Origin: an uncultured Bacteroidales bacterium
Lineage (GTDB): Bacteria; Bacteroidota; Bacteroidia; Bacteroidales; UBA12077
DNA: 64,000 nucleotides
Direction of reading: 5' to 3'
NCBI GenBank assembly: GCA_964450375.1
Contig: CAYVEW010000003.1
Span: 935-64,934, forward strand
Shown here: in pieces, positions 47,844-57,031 of the stretch
Numbering within the stretch: the first letter of the stretch is position 1
Layout of the letters: every line of letters starts with the position of its first letter
Position numbers and translations under genes: made by a program
The notes under the pieces: model-generated
Databases searched by the model: none
Seen by the model: only the letters and a program-made list of their open reading frames with translations
What the model was told of the DNA's origin: nothing

Positions 47844-48530
47844 CTATTTGAACATCTTGTTCACATTCTCAAGATCTTCCATAAAATCAACCTCCATGCA
47901 GTTATATTTCGAAATATCTACCGCATTTACTTTGATACGATCTTTTTGAATTGCCAATTCGATTCCTCTTTCAAAATAGTCGTTATCATTGCATTCTTCT
48001 AAACGCTTAATAAAGAAGCTAATATCTTTTGATGAGATAAAGTTAATTCCTACTGCTTCGCCCAGTCCGTCTTTTACAGTTTTCGAGATTTCCTTTATAA
48101 AACCATCAGAATCCAATGTATATTTTACTTCTTCTTCGGCAACTTCTTCGTTGTTAACCGAAACGAACGATTCATTTTTATTAATAAACGGAATCAGCAA
48201 ATCAAAAATGCGCTTGTCAAATACAACATCCCCGTTTAACCACAAAACCGATTCGCTATGGTATTTCTTCAATGCTTTTAACAGACTTTTCGATGTATTG
48301 GTTTGATCGAAAACCGGATTATAAATATAGGTTGCATCCGATATGCTTTCCATAATTAGATCCTTTTTAAAACCAACAACAATATTAATATCATCGAAAT
48401 TAAAATATGATGTTAAATTGTTGATTTGTTGTTTCATAATAGTATCGCCACTTTTTAGTGGAGTAAGTGGTTTTGGAAAAGGATTCCCTAATCGTGATCC
48501 GATACCTGCTGCTAATATTACAATTTTCAT
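47844..48530 (-). CDS. LicC-like nucleotidyl(cytidylyl)transferase
   Basis: 228 aa. MKIVILAAGIGSRLG...PKPLT, with size and C-terminal layout like CTP:phosphocholine cytidylyltransferase LicC. The substrate is unknown. Confidence 0.78.
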   Translation of the reverse strand: MKIVILAAGIGSRLGNPFPKPLTPLKSGDTIMKQQINNLTSYFNFDDINIVVGFKKDLIMESISDATYIYNPVFDQTNTSKSLLKALKKYHSESVLWLNGDVVFDKRIFDLLIPFINKNESFVSVNNEEVAEEEVKYTLDSDGFIKEISKTVKDGLGEAVGINFISSKDISFFIKRLEECNDNDYFERGIELAIQKDRIKVNAVDISKYNCMEVDFMEDLENVNKMFK

Positions 48531-48537
48531 GGTTTAT

Positions 48538-49344
48538 TTAATTTGCAATTTGGGGTGAATATTTTTGTTTTTTACCGTTCTTTCTTTTTTTCTCTTTTAA
48601 ATTCAACTGTCGTAATTTAATGTATTTAAGAAACACTGTATACGAAGAGAATGAGCTAATTACAAATCCGTTATAGCCATCCAGAACTCCCAGTTTAATA
48701 AAGTAAGATTTAACAAACCTCCACATGGCGTGCGACAAGATGGTAAAAATGGATGCTTTTCTTCCTTTCTTAAACGCTTCGTTTGCGGCAATGGTTGAAA
48801 ATTTATTGGCTTTGTCAATGTGTGCATCATAGGTTGGAAGAACCCAGTGAAGCAGATTTCCATGTAAATACTTTTTTGTTCCTCCCGGTTTCAAAATAAA
48901 CCGGTCGTGTGGGTTGGTTCCTCCCCAGGCGCCTTTTGTTTTATCAAACAATCTCATTTTCCGGTCGGGATACCAGTTTGAGTGGTGAATCCACTGTCCG
49001 CAGTAGTTGTTGAAACGATTAAAGTAATAACCGTCGTATTTCCAGTTCGCTTTTACTTTTAGTATGGAATTTTTAAGTTCTTCGGATAAAGCTTCGTCGG
49101 CATCTAGCGATAATACATGGTCGTAAGTTGAACAGTTAAGGGCGTAGTTTTTTTGTTCAATATAACCTTCGAACGGATGTTTTATAAACTTTGCTCCCAA
49201 TCGTGCACATATTTCTTCCGTTTTATCTTCGGAGTACGAGTCAACCACCACAATTTCGTCGGCTACTGATTTTAAGGATGATATGCAGCGCTCAATTTTT
49301 GCTTCTTCGTTATAGGTAATAATTACAGCAGATAATTTAATCAT
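48538..49344 (-). CDS. Family 2 glycosyltransferase (KdtX/WaaE-like)
   Basis: 268 aa. SAVIITYNEE, EIVVVDSYSEDKT, and LSLDADE as the DxD motif. Confidence 0.85.
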   Translation of the reverse strand: MIKLSAVIITYNEEAKIERCISSLKSVADEIVVVDSYSEDKTEEICARLGAKFIKHPFEGYIEQKNYALNCSTYDHVLSLDADEALSEELKNSILKVKANWKYDGYYFNRFNNYCGQWIHHSNWYPDRKMRLFDKTKGAWGGTNPHDRFILKPGGTKKYLHGNLLHWVLPTYDAHIDKANKFSTIAANEAFKKGRKASIFTILSHAMWRFVKSYFIKLGVLDGYNGFVISSFSSYTVFLKYIKLRQLNLKEKKRKNGKKQKYSPQIAN

Positions 49345-49553
49345 TTGATCGGTTTCTTTTCAAGAAATTGTATTTATGAAATGGCAAAGATAAGATTTTT
49401 ATTCGGAACGTTAGAAACTCACTTGATTTTTATAAAATATCAATTAGCTGATATGTAAATATTTGGAGCAGTTTATTGAAATCCATTTAATATTTACGTA
49501 AAATTTTATTAACATTGCGGCTTACAGATTGACAAACCTAAACTAAACTATGG

Positions 49554-50174
49554 ATGATTAAATATCCAAAACTTACTGATAAAAATCTTGTCAGAGCCAG
49601 AAAAGTTTTGTTTGATGTACTGGACTTTCTCGACAATCAAAATATTGATTATTATCTGGAAGGTGGAACTTTACTGGGCTTGGTACGTGATGGTGATTTA
49701 CTACCGTGGGATCATGATATTGATTTATCGATTTCGGTAAATGATGCAGAAAAATTTGCAGCGAATAAGAATCTTATAGCAAAAAAAGGGTATCGAATAA
49801 CATCCAGAAAAATGCACAAAGATATTGGCGGGTTTAAAAAGGGACAATACCGGGTTTTTAAAGTTAAAAAACGCATACCGTCGATATTAAAAGCGATATT
49901 TCCAATTTTCCACAAGCATATGGTAGTAGCTGATATTTTTGTGAAGGCTGACGACGATACGCACACGTACTGGCAGGCCATGGAAAAGATTATGCGGGTT
50001 GATAAAATTTACTATTCTAAATACGAAACCATTGAATATCTTGGTCAAAAGCTAAAGGTTCCATATAAATATAAAGATTATTTAACTCAAAAATACGGCG
50101 ATTGGTCTACACCTATTAAAGAATGGAGTTGTGGATCCGATGAAAACACGATAGTTGGGGAGGCTTATAAGTAA
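49554..50174 (+). CDS. LicD-family phosphotransferase (CDP-alcohol-dependent phospho-alcohol transfer to glycans)
   Basis: 206 aa. YYLEGGTLLGLVRDGDLLPWDHDIDL is the LicD/fukutin nucleotidyltransferase-fold signature. Confidence 0.85.
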   Translation: MIKYPKLTDKNLVRARKVLFDVLDFLDNQNIDYYLEGGTLLGLVRDGDLLPWDHDIDLSISVNDAEKFAANKNLIAKKGYRITSRKMHKDIGGFKKGQYRVFKVKKRIPSILKAIFPIFHKHMVVADIFVKADDDTHTYWQAMEKIMRVDKIYYSKYETIEYLGQKLKVPYKYKDYLTQKYGDWSTPIKEWSCGSDENTIVGEAYK

Positions 50175-50457
50175 GACAAGATATTTTGGCTTTAAGTTCT
50201 TAGTATAATCTGGTTCTTTGAAACATACTGACACATTCAATACAAATTATTTTAGAATAATAAACAGCTTTTCAATCAGAGAATATGTTCTTGAATATTA
50301 TCTACCGATTAGATTAATGTCTAAAAATTTTCCAGTATTTTTTTTCGATAATGACAAAGAATTATTTTTTTGTTGATGTAATAAAGTAGTTATATAATAT
50401 CTACATAATTACATCTCAGATAAAATTTGACACTTTTAGGTTTAAGTGACAAAAGTA

Positions 50458-51327
50458 CTAACTTTCTTCAACTGATTCTTTATCAATAAATGGACAGCTT
50501 TTCAGAAGAGCATCTGCATCAAACTGAATTTTTCTGTCGTCAAACATTATCTTTTTCGCAATTTTATCAAACGTGACTTCATGTTGCAGAAAATCAGAAT
50601 GTTGTGGAATTTGAACCTTATGTACAGAGATAAAATAATCGTAAAACTTAAACTCAAACCCCTTTGGTGTATCAGATTTTAACCATGCTGATGGAATCCC
50701 ATAAGTATCAGCCAGGATAATTCCATGGAGCGAAGATGAAAATATTTTTTCACACGAGAGTATATCTGTAATCGTACTTTCGATATCATCGGTTCCTAAA
50801 TATATTTTTTTAATATCTGAATCAAATTCAGCTTTGTTCCATGCATCTTCAGACCACCTTAGTATAACTCCGAGCTTGTATTTTTTAGGTACATCAGGAT
50901 TAAAAACTTTTGGCATTAGCAATGCTGGATCACCATAAACTTCAGGAACATTTTTAACACCATGAATTCTTAGTAAATTTCTGGTTAACGGCCCTCTTAC
51001 AGCTAAATATTTTGCCTTTGTGCCAACACTTAACTGATTTTCTGTTCCGAATGCACCAGAACCCCAAACTATTGATTTATTAGTAACCCTGCTAATTATT
51101 GATCCAATGGCAAAGTAAGAGAATGTGTTTTTTATTAACTGTGTTTGTATAAAGTTCCGCTTAAAACCAGGGCTAATTGAAACTAGTTTTACTGGAGTAT
51201 CAGTTAATTTTGTAATTAAATAAGGAGATAATAAATCTCCAAAATTTGGTGTCACATCCCACCAGGTTAAAGGAATAGCACCATTCTCTAATCTGATATT
51301 ATTGGCAAGTTTATATTTAGATCCCAT
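50458..51327 (-). CDS. Polysaccharide pyruvyl transferase family protein
   Basis: 289 aa. NFGDLLSPYL, VRGPLTRNLL, YGDPALLMP, SSSLHGIILADTYGIPS. Confidence 0.75.
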   Translation of the reverse strand: MGSKYKLANNIRLENGAIPLTWWDVTPNFGDLLSPYLITKLTDTPVKLVSISPGFKRNFIQTQLIKNTFSYFAIGSIISRVTNKSIVWGSGAFGTENQLSVGTKAKYLAVRGPLTRNLLRIHGVKNVPEVYGDPALLMPKVFNPDVPKKYKLGVILRWSEDAWNKAEFDSDIKKIYLGTDDIESTITDILSCEKIFSSSLHGIILADTYGIPSAWLKSDTPKGFEFKFYDYFISVHKVQIPQHSDFLQHEVTFDKIAKKIMFDDRKIQFDADALLKSCPFIDKESVEES

Positions 51328-51347
51328 GGCTTATTTTAGATAGAAAA

Positions 51348-52163
51348 TTACACTGTTACATCATACTCTCTCAACGCATCGTTCAATGATGTTTTAAGGT
51401 TTGTTGATTCTTTACGTTTACCAATAATTAATGCACATGGAACCTGGTATTCTCCTGCGTTAAATTTTTTAGTTTGTGTTCCCGGAATTACTACAGATCT
51501 TGCAGGAATAAATCCTTTATATTCTTTAGGTTCCGAACCGGAAACATCAATTATTTTGGTTGAGCCCGTTATTACTACATTTGCTCCCAGTACAGCTTCT
51601 TTTTCAATATGTACACCTTCTACCACAATGCATCGCGAGCCGATAAAACAATCGTCTTCAATAATTACCGGGGCAGCTTGTATAGGTTCCAAAACACCAC
51701 CAATTCCAACTCCACCACTTAAATGAACATTTTTACCGATTTGTGCGCAGGAGCCTACCGTTGCCCAGGTATCAACCATGGTTCCTGAATCAACATAAGC
51801 GCCAATATTTACATACGAAGGCATCATAATTACATCTTTGGCAATATACGCACCGTACCTGGCAATTGCGTGCGGTACAACCCGAACTCCCAACTCATCG
51901 TACCCCGATTTTAAATCCATTTTATCATGAAACTCAAATGGGCCTACTTTTGTTACTTTCATTTTCTGAATTGGGAAATATAGAATAACCGCTTTTTTAA
52001 TCCACTCGTTTACTTTCCAGCCATTTGCAGTTGGATCGGCAACACGCAACTTTCCTTTGTCCAGTAATTCAATTACTTCTTTTATGGTATCAATACTTTT
52101 CTGATCTTTTAACAATTCTCTGTTTTCCCAGATTTTCTCAATAAGTTGCTGTTTTGCTTCCAT
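51348..52163 (-). CDS. dapD: 2,3,4,5-tetrahydropyridine-2,6-dicarboxylate N-succinyltransferase
   Basis: 271 aa with left-handed beta-helix hexapeptide repeats and a DapD N-terminal domain. Overall colinear with DapD. Confidence 0.92.
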   Translation of the reverse strand: MEAKQQLIEKIWENRELLKDQKSIDTIKEVIELLDKGKLRVADPTANGWKVNEWIKKAVILYFPIQKMKVTKVGPFEFHDKMDLKSGYDELGVRVVPHAIARYGAYIAKDVIMMPSYVNIGAYVDSGTMVDTWATVGSCAQIGKNVHLSGGVGIGGVLEPIQAAPVIIEDDCFIGSRCIVVEGVHIEKEAVLGANVVITGSTKIIDVSGSEPKEYKGFIPARSVVIPGTQTKKFNAGEYQVPCALIIGKRKESTNLKTSLNDALREYDVTV

Positions 52164-52339
52164 CGTTATTCAGTCTTTGATTCGCGATTCTATAATCATC
52201 GGCGAAGATAAGGAAAAAAACTTAATCGCTTTTAGTGGTTTTTTGCTCTTAAAATTATCATATAAAAGTTAAACTCTGTTAAATCATGGTATTTTAGTTG
52301 ATATCAAGACTTATATTTGTGTCAATTAATTAAAGATTT

Positions 52340-53119
52340 TTGAAAAAAATAATCGTAAGATATTGCCTGGTTTTTGTTTTGTGCTCTTGGGCTATTTTAT
52401 CCATGGCACAAACTACGGATAGTTTAATTCTTTACAGAGGGCAGGTTTTAAGTAAAGAAAAGGAATATCCGGTGGCTATGGCTCATATTATTGATTATCG
52501 ACAGAAAAAAGGAATGGTTGCCGACACTTCGGGTTATTTTGAAATTTGGACAAGAGTAGGAGATACCTTAAATATTTCTGCAATTGGGTTTGATTATCTT
52601 GAACACCAGGTACTAACCGACAAGGACACTTTAGTCGAAATTTTCGTAAAGAGCAGAAGCTATGATATTCCTGAAGTGTCGATATCTTATTTAGGCACCT
52701 ATAAAGAGTTTGAGCAAAAGGTGTTGCAACTAAAATTGCCGGAAGTAAAATTTAACAATCAGCTTGATGATTTATTTAAACATGTGGAAGTACAACCGGT
52801 GTTTGTTGCATCCAACAGCATAGCTAATCCTATTTCGTTAATTTACAGCTTGTTTAGCAAAGAAGCGAAAGATATTAGAAAGTACATTGAGCTGGAAAAG
52901 GAAGGGAAGGTAAAAGACAAAGTGCGCGAAAGGTACAATGAATATATTATACGAAATATTACAGGCTTAAGTATCGATGAAGCCAGGGCATTTATGCAAT
53001 ATTGCAATTTTTCTGATCAGTATATTTTGAGTATCTCCGACTACAGTCTTTATTCTGAAATTATGTTACGGTTTAAAAGCTACAAAAAAAGCGTTCAAGA
53101 CTCACTACTTATGGAATGA
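52340..53119 (+). CDS. Secreted protein with an N-terminal carboxypeptidase-regulatory-like (CarboxypepD_reg) domain
   Basis: 259 aa with a TTG start and a signal peptide. GQVLS...VAMAHII....GMVADTSGYFEI....GDTLNISAIGF is the typical pattern. Confidence 0.6.
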   Translation: MKKIIVRYCLVFVLCSWAILSMAQTTDSLILYRGQVLSKEKEYPVAMAHIIDYRQKKGMVADTSGYFEIWTRVGDTLNISAIGFDYLEHQVLTDKDTLVEIFVKSRSYDIPEVSISYLGTYKEFEQKVLQLKLPEVKFNNQLDDLFKHVEVQPVFVASNSIANPISLIYSLFSKEAKDIRKYIELEKEGKVKDKVRERYNEYIIRNITGLSIDEARAFMQYCNFSDQYILSISDYSLYSEIMLRFKSYKKSVQDSLLME

Positions 53120-53147
53120 TTTTATAATTTTAGCAAAAAAAGATTGT

Positions 53148-54098
53148 ATGAATAACACCATTCCAACATTCCAACATATAAAGGAAGCTCATGAGCGAAT
53201 TACCGGCTTAATAAATAAAACACCAGTTTTTACATCATCCAGTGTGAACGAAATACTTGGTTGCCAGATTTTTTTTAAATGCGAAAATTTTCAAAAAGTC
53301 GGGGCTTTTAAATTTCGGGGTGCAACCAATGCGGTTCGCGTGCTTAGTAAAAGCGATGCACAAAAGGGAGTAGCTACTCATTCATCAGGAAATCATGCAG
53401 CAGCACTTAGCCTGGCAGCAAAGCAACTGGGTGTGCCGGCATACATCGTAATGCCAAAAAATGCGCCCGAAATTAAAAAGAAGGCAGTGGCGGGTTATGG
53501 TGCAACTATCACTTTTTGTGAACCTACCCTGCAGGCAAGAGAAGATACTTTGCATCAGGTTCAAAAAGAAACGGGTGCTACATTTATTCATCCTTATGAT
53601 CATTTTCATGTGATTTGCGGACAAGGAACTGCGGCAAAGGAGCTATTAGAAGAGATTAATGATTTAAATTGCGTAATGGCACCTATTGGTGGCGGTGGAT
53701 TGATGAGTGGAACCCTTATCTCTTCGAAATCAATTAATCCCAGACTAAAAGTGTATGGTGCTGAGCCATTGTTAGCCGACGATGCATTTCGTTCGTTTAA
53801 GCAAGGAGAGTTAATTCCGGCCGGCCCGCCAAAAACAATTGCCGATGGATTGTTAACATCTTTAAGCCCGCTTACATTTGAGATCATTAAAAGTAACATA
53901 GACGATATATTTACCGTTCGCGAAGAATCAATTGTTGAGGCAATGCGTATGATTTGGGAACGAATGAAAATTATTATTGAGCCATCGTCTGCAGTGCCTG
54001 TTGCAGCTATTCTGGAAAATAAACCGGTGTTTGCAAATAAAAAAATTGGTCTTATTATTTCAGGTGGAAACGTAGACTTAAACAAATTACCTTTTTAA
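53148..54098 (+). CDS. PLP-dependent threonine/serine dehydratase family enzyme (serine racemase / 3-hydroxyaspartate ammonia-lyase-like)
   Basis: 316 aa. CENFQKVGAFKFRGA (PLP lysine), HSSGNHA, and a GGGGL glycine loop. Confidence 0.88.
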   Translation: MNNTIPTFQHIKEAHERITGLINKTPVFTSSSVNEILGCQIFFKCENFQKVGAFKFRGATNAVRVLSKSDAQKGVATHSSGNHAAALSLAAKQLGVPAYIVMPKNAPEIKKKAVAGYGATITFCEPTLQAREDTLHQVQKETGATFIHPYDHFHVICGQGTAAKELLEEINDLNCVMAPIGGGGLMSGTLISSKSINPRLKVYGAEPLLADDAFRSFKQGELIPAGPPKTIADGLLTSLSPLTFEIIKSNIDDIFTVREESIVEAMRMIWERMKIIIEPSSAVPVAAILENKPVFANKKIGLIISGGNVDLNKLPF

Positions 54099-55193
54099 TT
54101 ATTTTATCGAAAATTTACCTACAATTGGATAATGATCCGAAAGTTTCACTTTTCGAATATCAAACTCGTGGCAATGTACATTTTTGCTATGTAAAATATA
54201 ATCAATCCGAAAGGATGGAAATTTACCAATGTAGGTATTCCCAATACCTTCGCCTGCTTCAATAAACGAGTCTTTTAAATCTCTGCTTAATATATGATAG
54301 GTATATGATACCGGCACATCGTTAAAATCACCACAAATAAAAACCGGATAAGGTGAGTTTTTAACATGGTTTGAAACAATTCTGGCTTGTTCTGCTCTCT
54401 TTATAAATGCATCGCGTAAGCGAAACGAAATATCTTTTATTTCTTTCATTCGTTCTTCATCATTCATCGATTTACTATTACTGATAAACGAATAGTTTCC
54501 GCTGTTAAACCGTATCGATTGTAAGTGATTGTTAAATACCCGAATGGTATCCTTATTTACTAAAATATCTGTATAGATACTGGTATTGGTTGAGTTTTTA
54601 AATTGTATTACGCCTTTGTTAACGATTGGATGTTTACTATAGGTTGCAATTCCGTAGTTCTCTTTGCTATTTTGGATCGTATAGTCGATATGCGAGTAAT
54701 ATTTATCATTTAGTGCATCATTGGAAATATACTTTTCGGTAAGCCGGCTGTTATTGGTGTAAAATTCCTGGAAACAAATTATATCAGGGTTTTCATTATT
54801 AATAAATTCAAAAATTTCCTGAGTTGTATTTTTGCTTTCGTTATGCCAGTCGTACAAATCAAACAGGCGCACGTTATACGAAAGAACGTTAAATACATTC
54901 TCAATAGTAGCGTTTTTTTTATTCTTGCTGATCGGAATCTGAATAAATGATTTTATAGATCCCCAACCGATGAATATGCTTACCAGAGGAATTATAAAAA
55001 ACTTTTTCTTTTTGATAATCCAGAAAATTACAAACACAACATTGGCAAGCAATAAAAAAGGATATGACAAACCAAAAAAAGCAAGAAACCATACTTTCTC
55101 CGGATTAATGTATACCGACAAATAGGCCAGCAACAAACCCAAAATAATTATATAATTAATGTATCTGAGAAATCTGTAAATAATCTTTTTCAA
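54099..55193 (-). CDS. Polytopic-anchored endonuclease/exonuclease/phosphatase (EEP) family protein
   Basis: 364 aa with 3 N-terminal TM helices, then SYNVR...CFQEF...GDFN...SDHYPI. Confidence 0.8.
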   Translation of the reverse strand: MKKIIYRFLRYINYIIILGLLLAYLSVYINPEKVWFLAFFGLSYPFLLLANVVFVIFWIIKKKKFFIIPLVSIFIGWGSIKSFIQIPISKNKKNATIENVFNVLSYNVRLFDLYDWHNESKNTTQEIFEFINNENPDIICFQEFYTNNSRLTEKYISNDALNDKYYSHIDYTIQNSKENYGIATYSKHPIVNKGVIQFKNSTNTSIYTDILVNKDTIRVFNNHLQSIRFNSGNYSFISNSKSMNDEERMKEIKDISFRLRDAFIKRAEQARIVSNHVKNSPYPVFICGDFNDVPVSYTYHILSRDLKDSFIEAGEGIGNTYIGKFPSFRIDYILHSKNVHCHEFDIRKVKLSDHYPIVGKFSIK

Positions 55194-55278
55194 AACAAAA
55201 TACGCTAGATTTAACTCTAAATTAAAATTATTGTGCTACAATATCAAACAATGAAAAATTATTTTGATAGAATTTAAA

Positions 55279-56154
55279 CTATTTACCGTTCTTAAACAGA
55301 ATTTCTTTCTCGGATTTTGATAAACTGTCGTAACCCGACTTAGCAATTTTGTCAAGTATTTTGTCAATGTCTTTTTGTTTTTCGGCTTTTGATTTGTTGT
55401 AGTCGTAATCCGTCATAGGGCGTTTGTAGGTAACTTTGAATTTTTGGCGGGGTTTAAACAATGAAAAAATTTTATCCATAAACCGATCGAATCCGCGTGT
55501 AATATTTTTACCTTTTTTCATTTGTGAAATATACAAATAGCCAAACAAAGCGCCTCCTAAGTGTGCAATATGCCCACCCGAATTGTCCGAAGCAATGCTT
55601 AAAACATCTAAAACAACATAAAATATGGCAATGTATTTTAGTTGAACCGGACCAATAAACATTAAGTTTACCGTGTAATTGGGAGCGTAAACAGCTGTAG
55701 CCATTACAATTGCCATTACCGAAGCCGATGCCCCCAGCATAATTGACATGGAAACATGGGCCTGAAAGACTGGGAAAATATTGAAGAACAGAATGTATAA
55801 TGCAGCTCCCGCTAATCCACCCACAAGATACAAACTCAACAATTTTTTATCATCAAAGTATTGTAAAAAGATTATTCCGAACCAATACAGAATTAACAGG
55901 TTAAATAATATATGCAAAAAACCAAGGTGTAAAAACATGTAGGTGAACACGGTCCATGGTTTATAAATCAGACTTGTAATATCGGCCGGAACAGCCAACC
56001 AGTTAGCTAACGAAAATGTTGGACTTACCGATAATAGAAAGAAGATGACTCCAAGAAGCTTAACTGCCAAAAAGACAGCCAGGTTAAGGTAAATTAACTT
56101 GGTAAGCGCACTTCCGTTTTTAAATGATTTTTTTATTTCGTCTAGTATATTCAT
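55279..56154 (-). CDS. Rhomboid-family intramembrane serine protease with a cytoplasmic C-terminal tail
   Basis: 291 aa. HLGFLHILFN, GASASVMA (Ser), HIAHLGGALFG (His). Confidence 0.85.
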   Translation of the reverse strand: MNILDEIKKSFKNGSALTKLIYLNLAVFLAVKLLGVIFFLLSVSPTFSLANWLAVPADITSLIYKPWTVFTYMFLHLGFLHILFNLLILYWFGIIFLQYFDDKKLLSLYLVGGLAGAALYILFFNIFPVFQAHVSMSIMLGASASVMAIVMATAVYAPNYTVNLMFIGPVQLKYIAIFYVVLDVLSIASDNSGGHIAHLGGALFGYLYISQMKKGKNITRGFDRFMDKIFSLFKPRQKFKVTYKRPMTDYDYNKSKAEKQKDIDKILDKIAKSGYDSLSKSEKEILFKNGK

Positions 56155-56197
56155 TTTACATTTCCTAATAAAAAGATAGTCAATAAATTATGTTCGT

Positions 56198-57010
56198 TTA
56201 ATAAAAGTTTGATCTTTTCTTGCCCCAGTATTTAATCAGTATAAAACCAAATAACATACCACCCAAATGTGCAAAGTGTGCAATGTTGCTTCCCGGCTGT
56301 GTAAGGCCAAGCCATAATTCCAAACCGCCATAAAAAATAACAAACCATTTTGCTTTAATTGGTATGGGTGGGAATAGCAGCATTAATTGTGTATTTGGGA
56401 ATAACATTCCAAATGCTAATAGTACTCCAAAAACAGCTCCCGATGCTCCTACCGTTGGAATATTCATTTTAAAAGCTAAAAGCTCCTGTATAAACTGTTT
56501 TGATGAAGCAATATAACTTGCCGATTCAGGATTAGAATACCAGCTATCAAGCAGTTTGCCATATATCTGCGAATAATATTCCGGGAAATGTTCTTTTATG
56601 AGTAGCGCAAATGCTTCCGGCGATGGAGTGTTGGTAAAGGCTTTTACGTCACTTAAGATACTATTCATTTGCAGGTGAATAACAAACATGTGTAGTGCAG
56701 CGGCTCCCAATCCGGTAACAATAAAATAAATGAAAAAGCGCTTACTACCCCATACGGTTTCCAAAACGCGGCCAAACATCCATAGCGCAAACATATTAAA
56801 AAACAAATGCATAAAACCTCCATGCATAAACATGTGAGAAACAATTTGGTAAGGTTTAAAATATTCAGACTTAAAATAATGTAAACCTAATGTTTGGCTT
56901 AACCGAATGCCAAATGTATTTTCCAATACCCATGTTGCCAGCAACATAATGATATTGATTAAGATTATATTTTTAACTACCGGTGGTATATCTGCAAATC
57001 GATTATTCAT
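56198..57010 (-). CDS. Rhomboid-family intramembrane serine protease
   Basis: 270 aa. HGGFMHLFFNM, GASGAVFG (Ser), HFAHLGGMLFG (His). Confidence 0.88.
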   Translation of the reverse strand: MNNRFADIPPVVKNIILINIIMLLATWVLENTFGIRLSQTLGLHYFKSEYFKPYQIVSHMFMHGGFMHLFFNMFALWMFGRVLETVWGSKRFFIYFIVTGLGAAALHMFVIHLQMNSILSDVKAFTNTPSPEAFALLIKEHFPEYYSQIYGKLLDSWYSNPESASYIASSKQFIQELLAFKMNIPTVGASGAVFGVLLAFGMLFPNTQLMLLFPPIPIKAKWFVIFYGGLELWLGLTQPGSNIAHFAHLGGMLFGFILIKYWGKKRSNFY

Positions 57011-57031
57011 TTTTATTAAGTTTTATGTTCT

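Noticed and set aside
50175-50457. 283-bp AT-rich gap between the convergent LicD and pyruvyl-transferase genes, checked for small genes or RNAs.
   Set aside because: Only a ~19-codon ORF is present, and there is no convincing hairpin, promoter box or repeat.
53606-54085. 159-aa ORF antisense to the PLP-dependent dehydratase gene (also 53385..53624).
   Set aside because: No recognisable motifs. The sense gene has the PLP-lysine and glycine-loop signatures. This is a typical shadow ORF.
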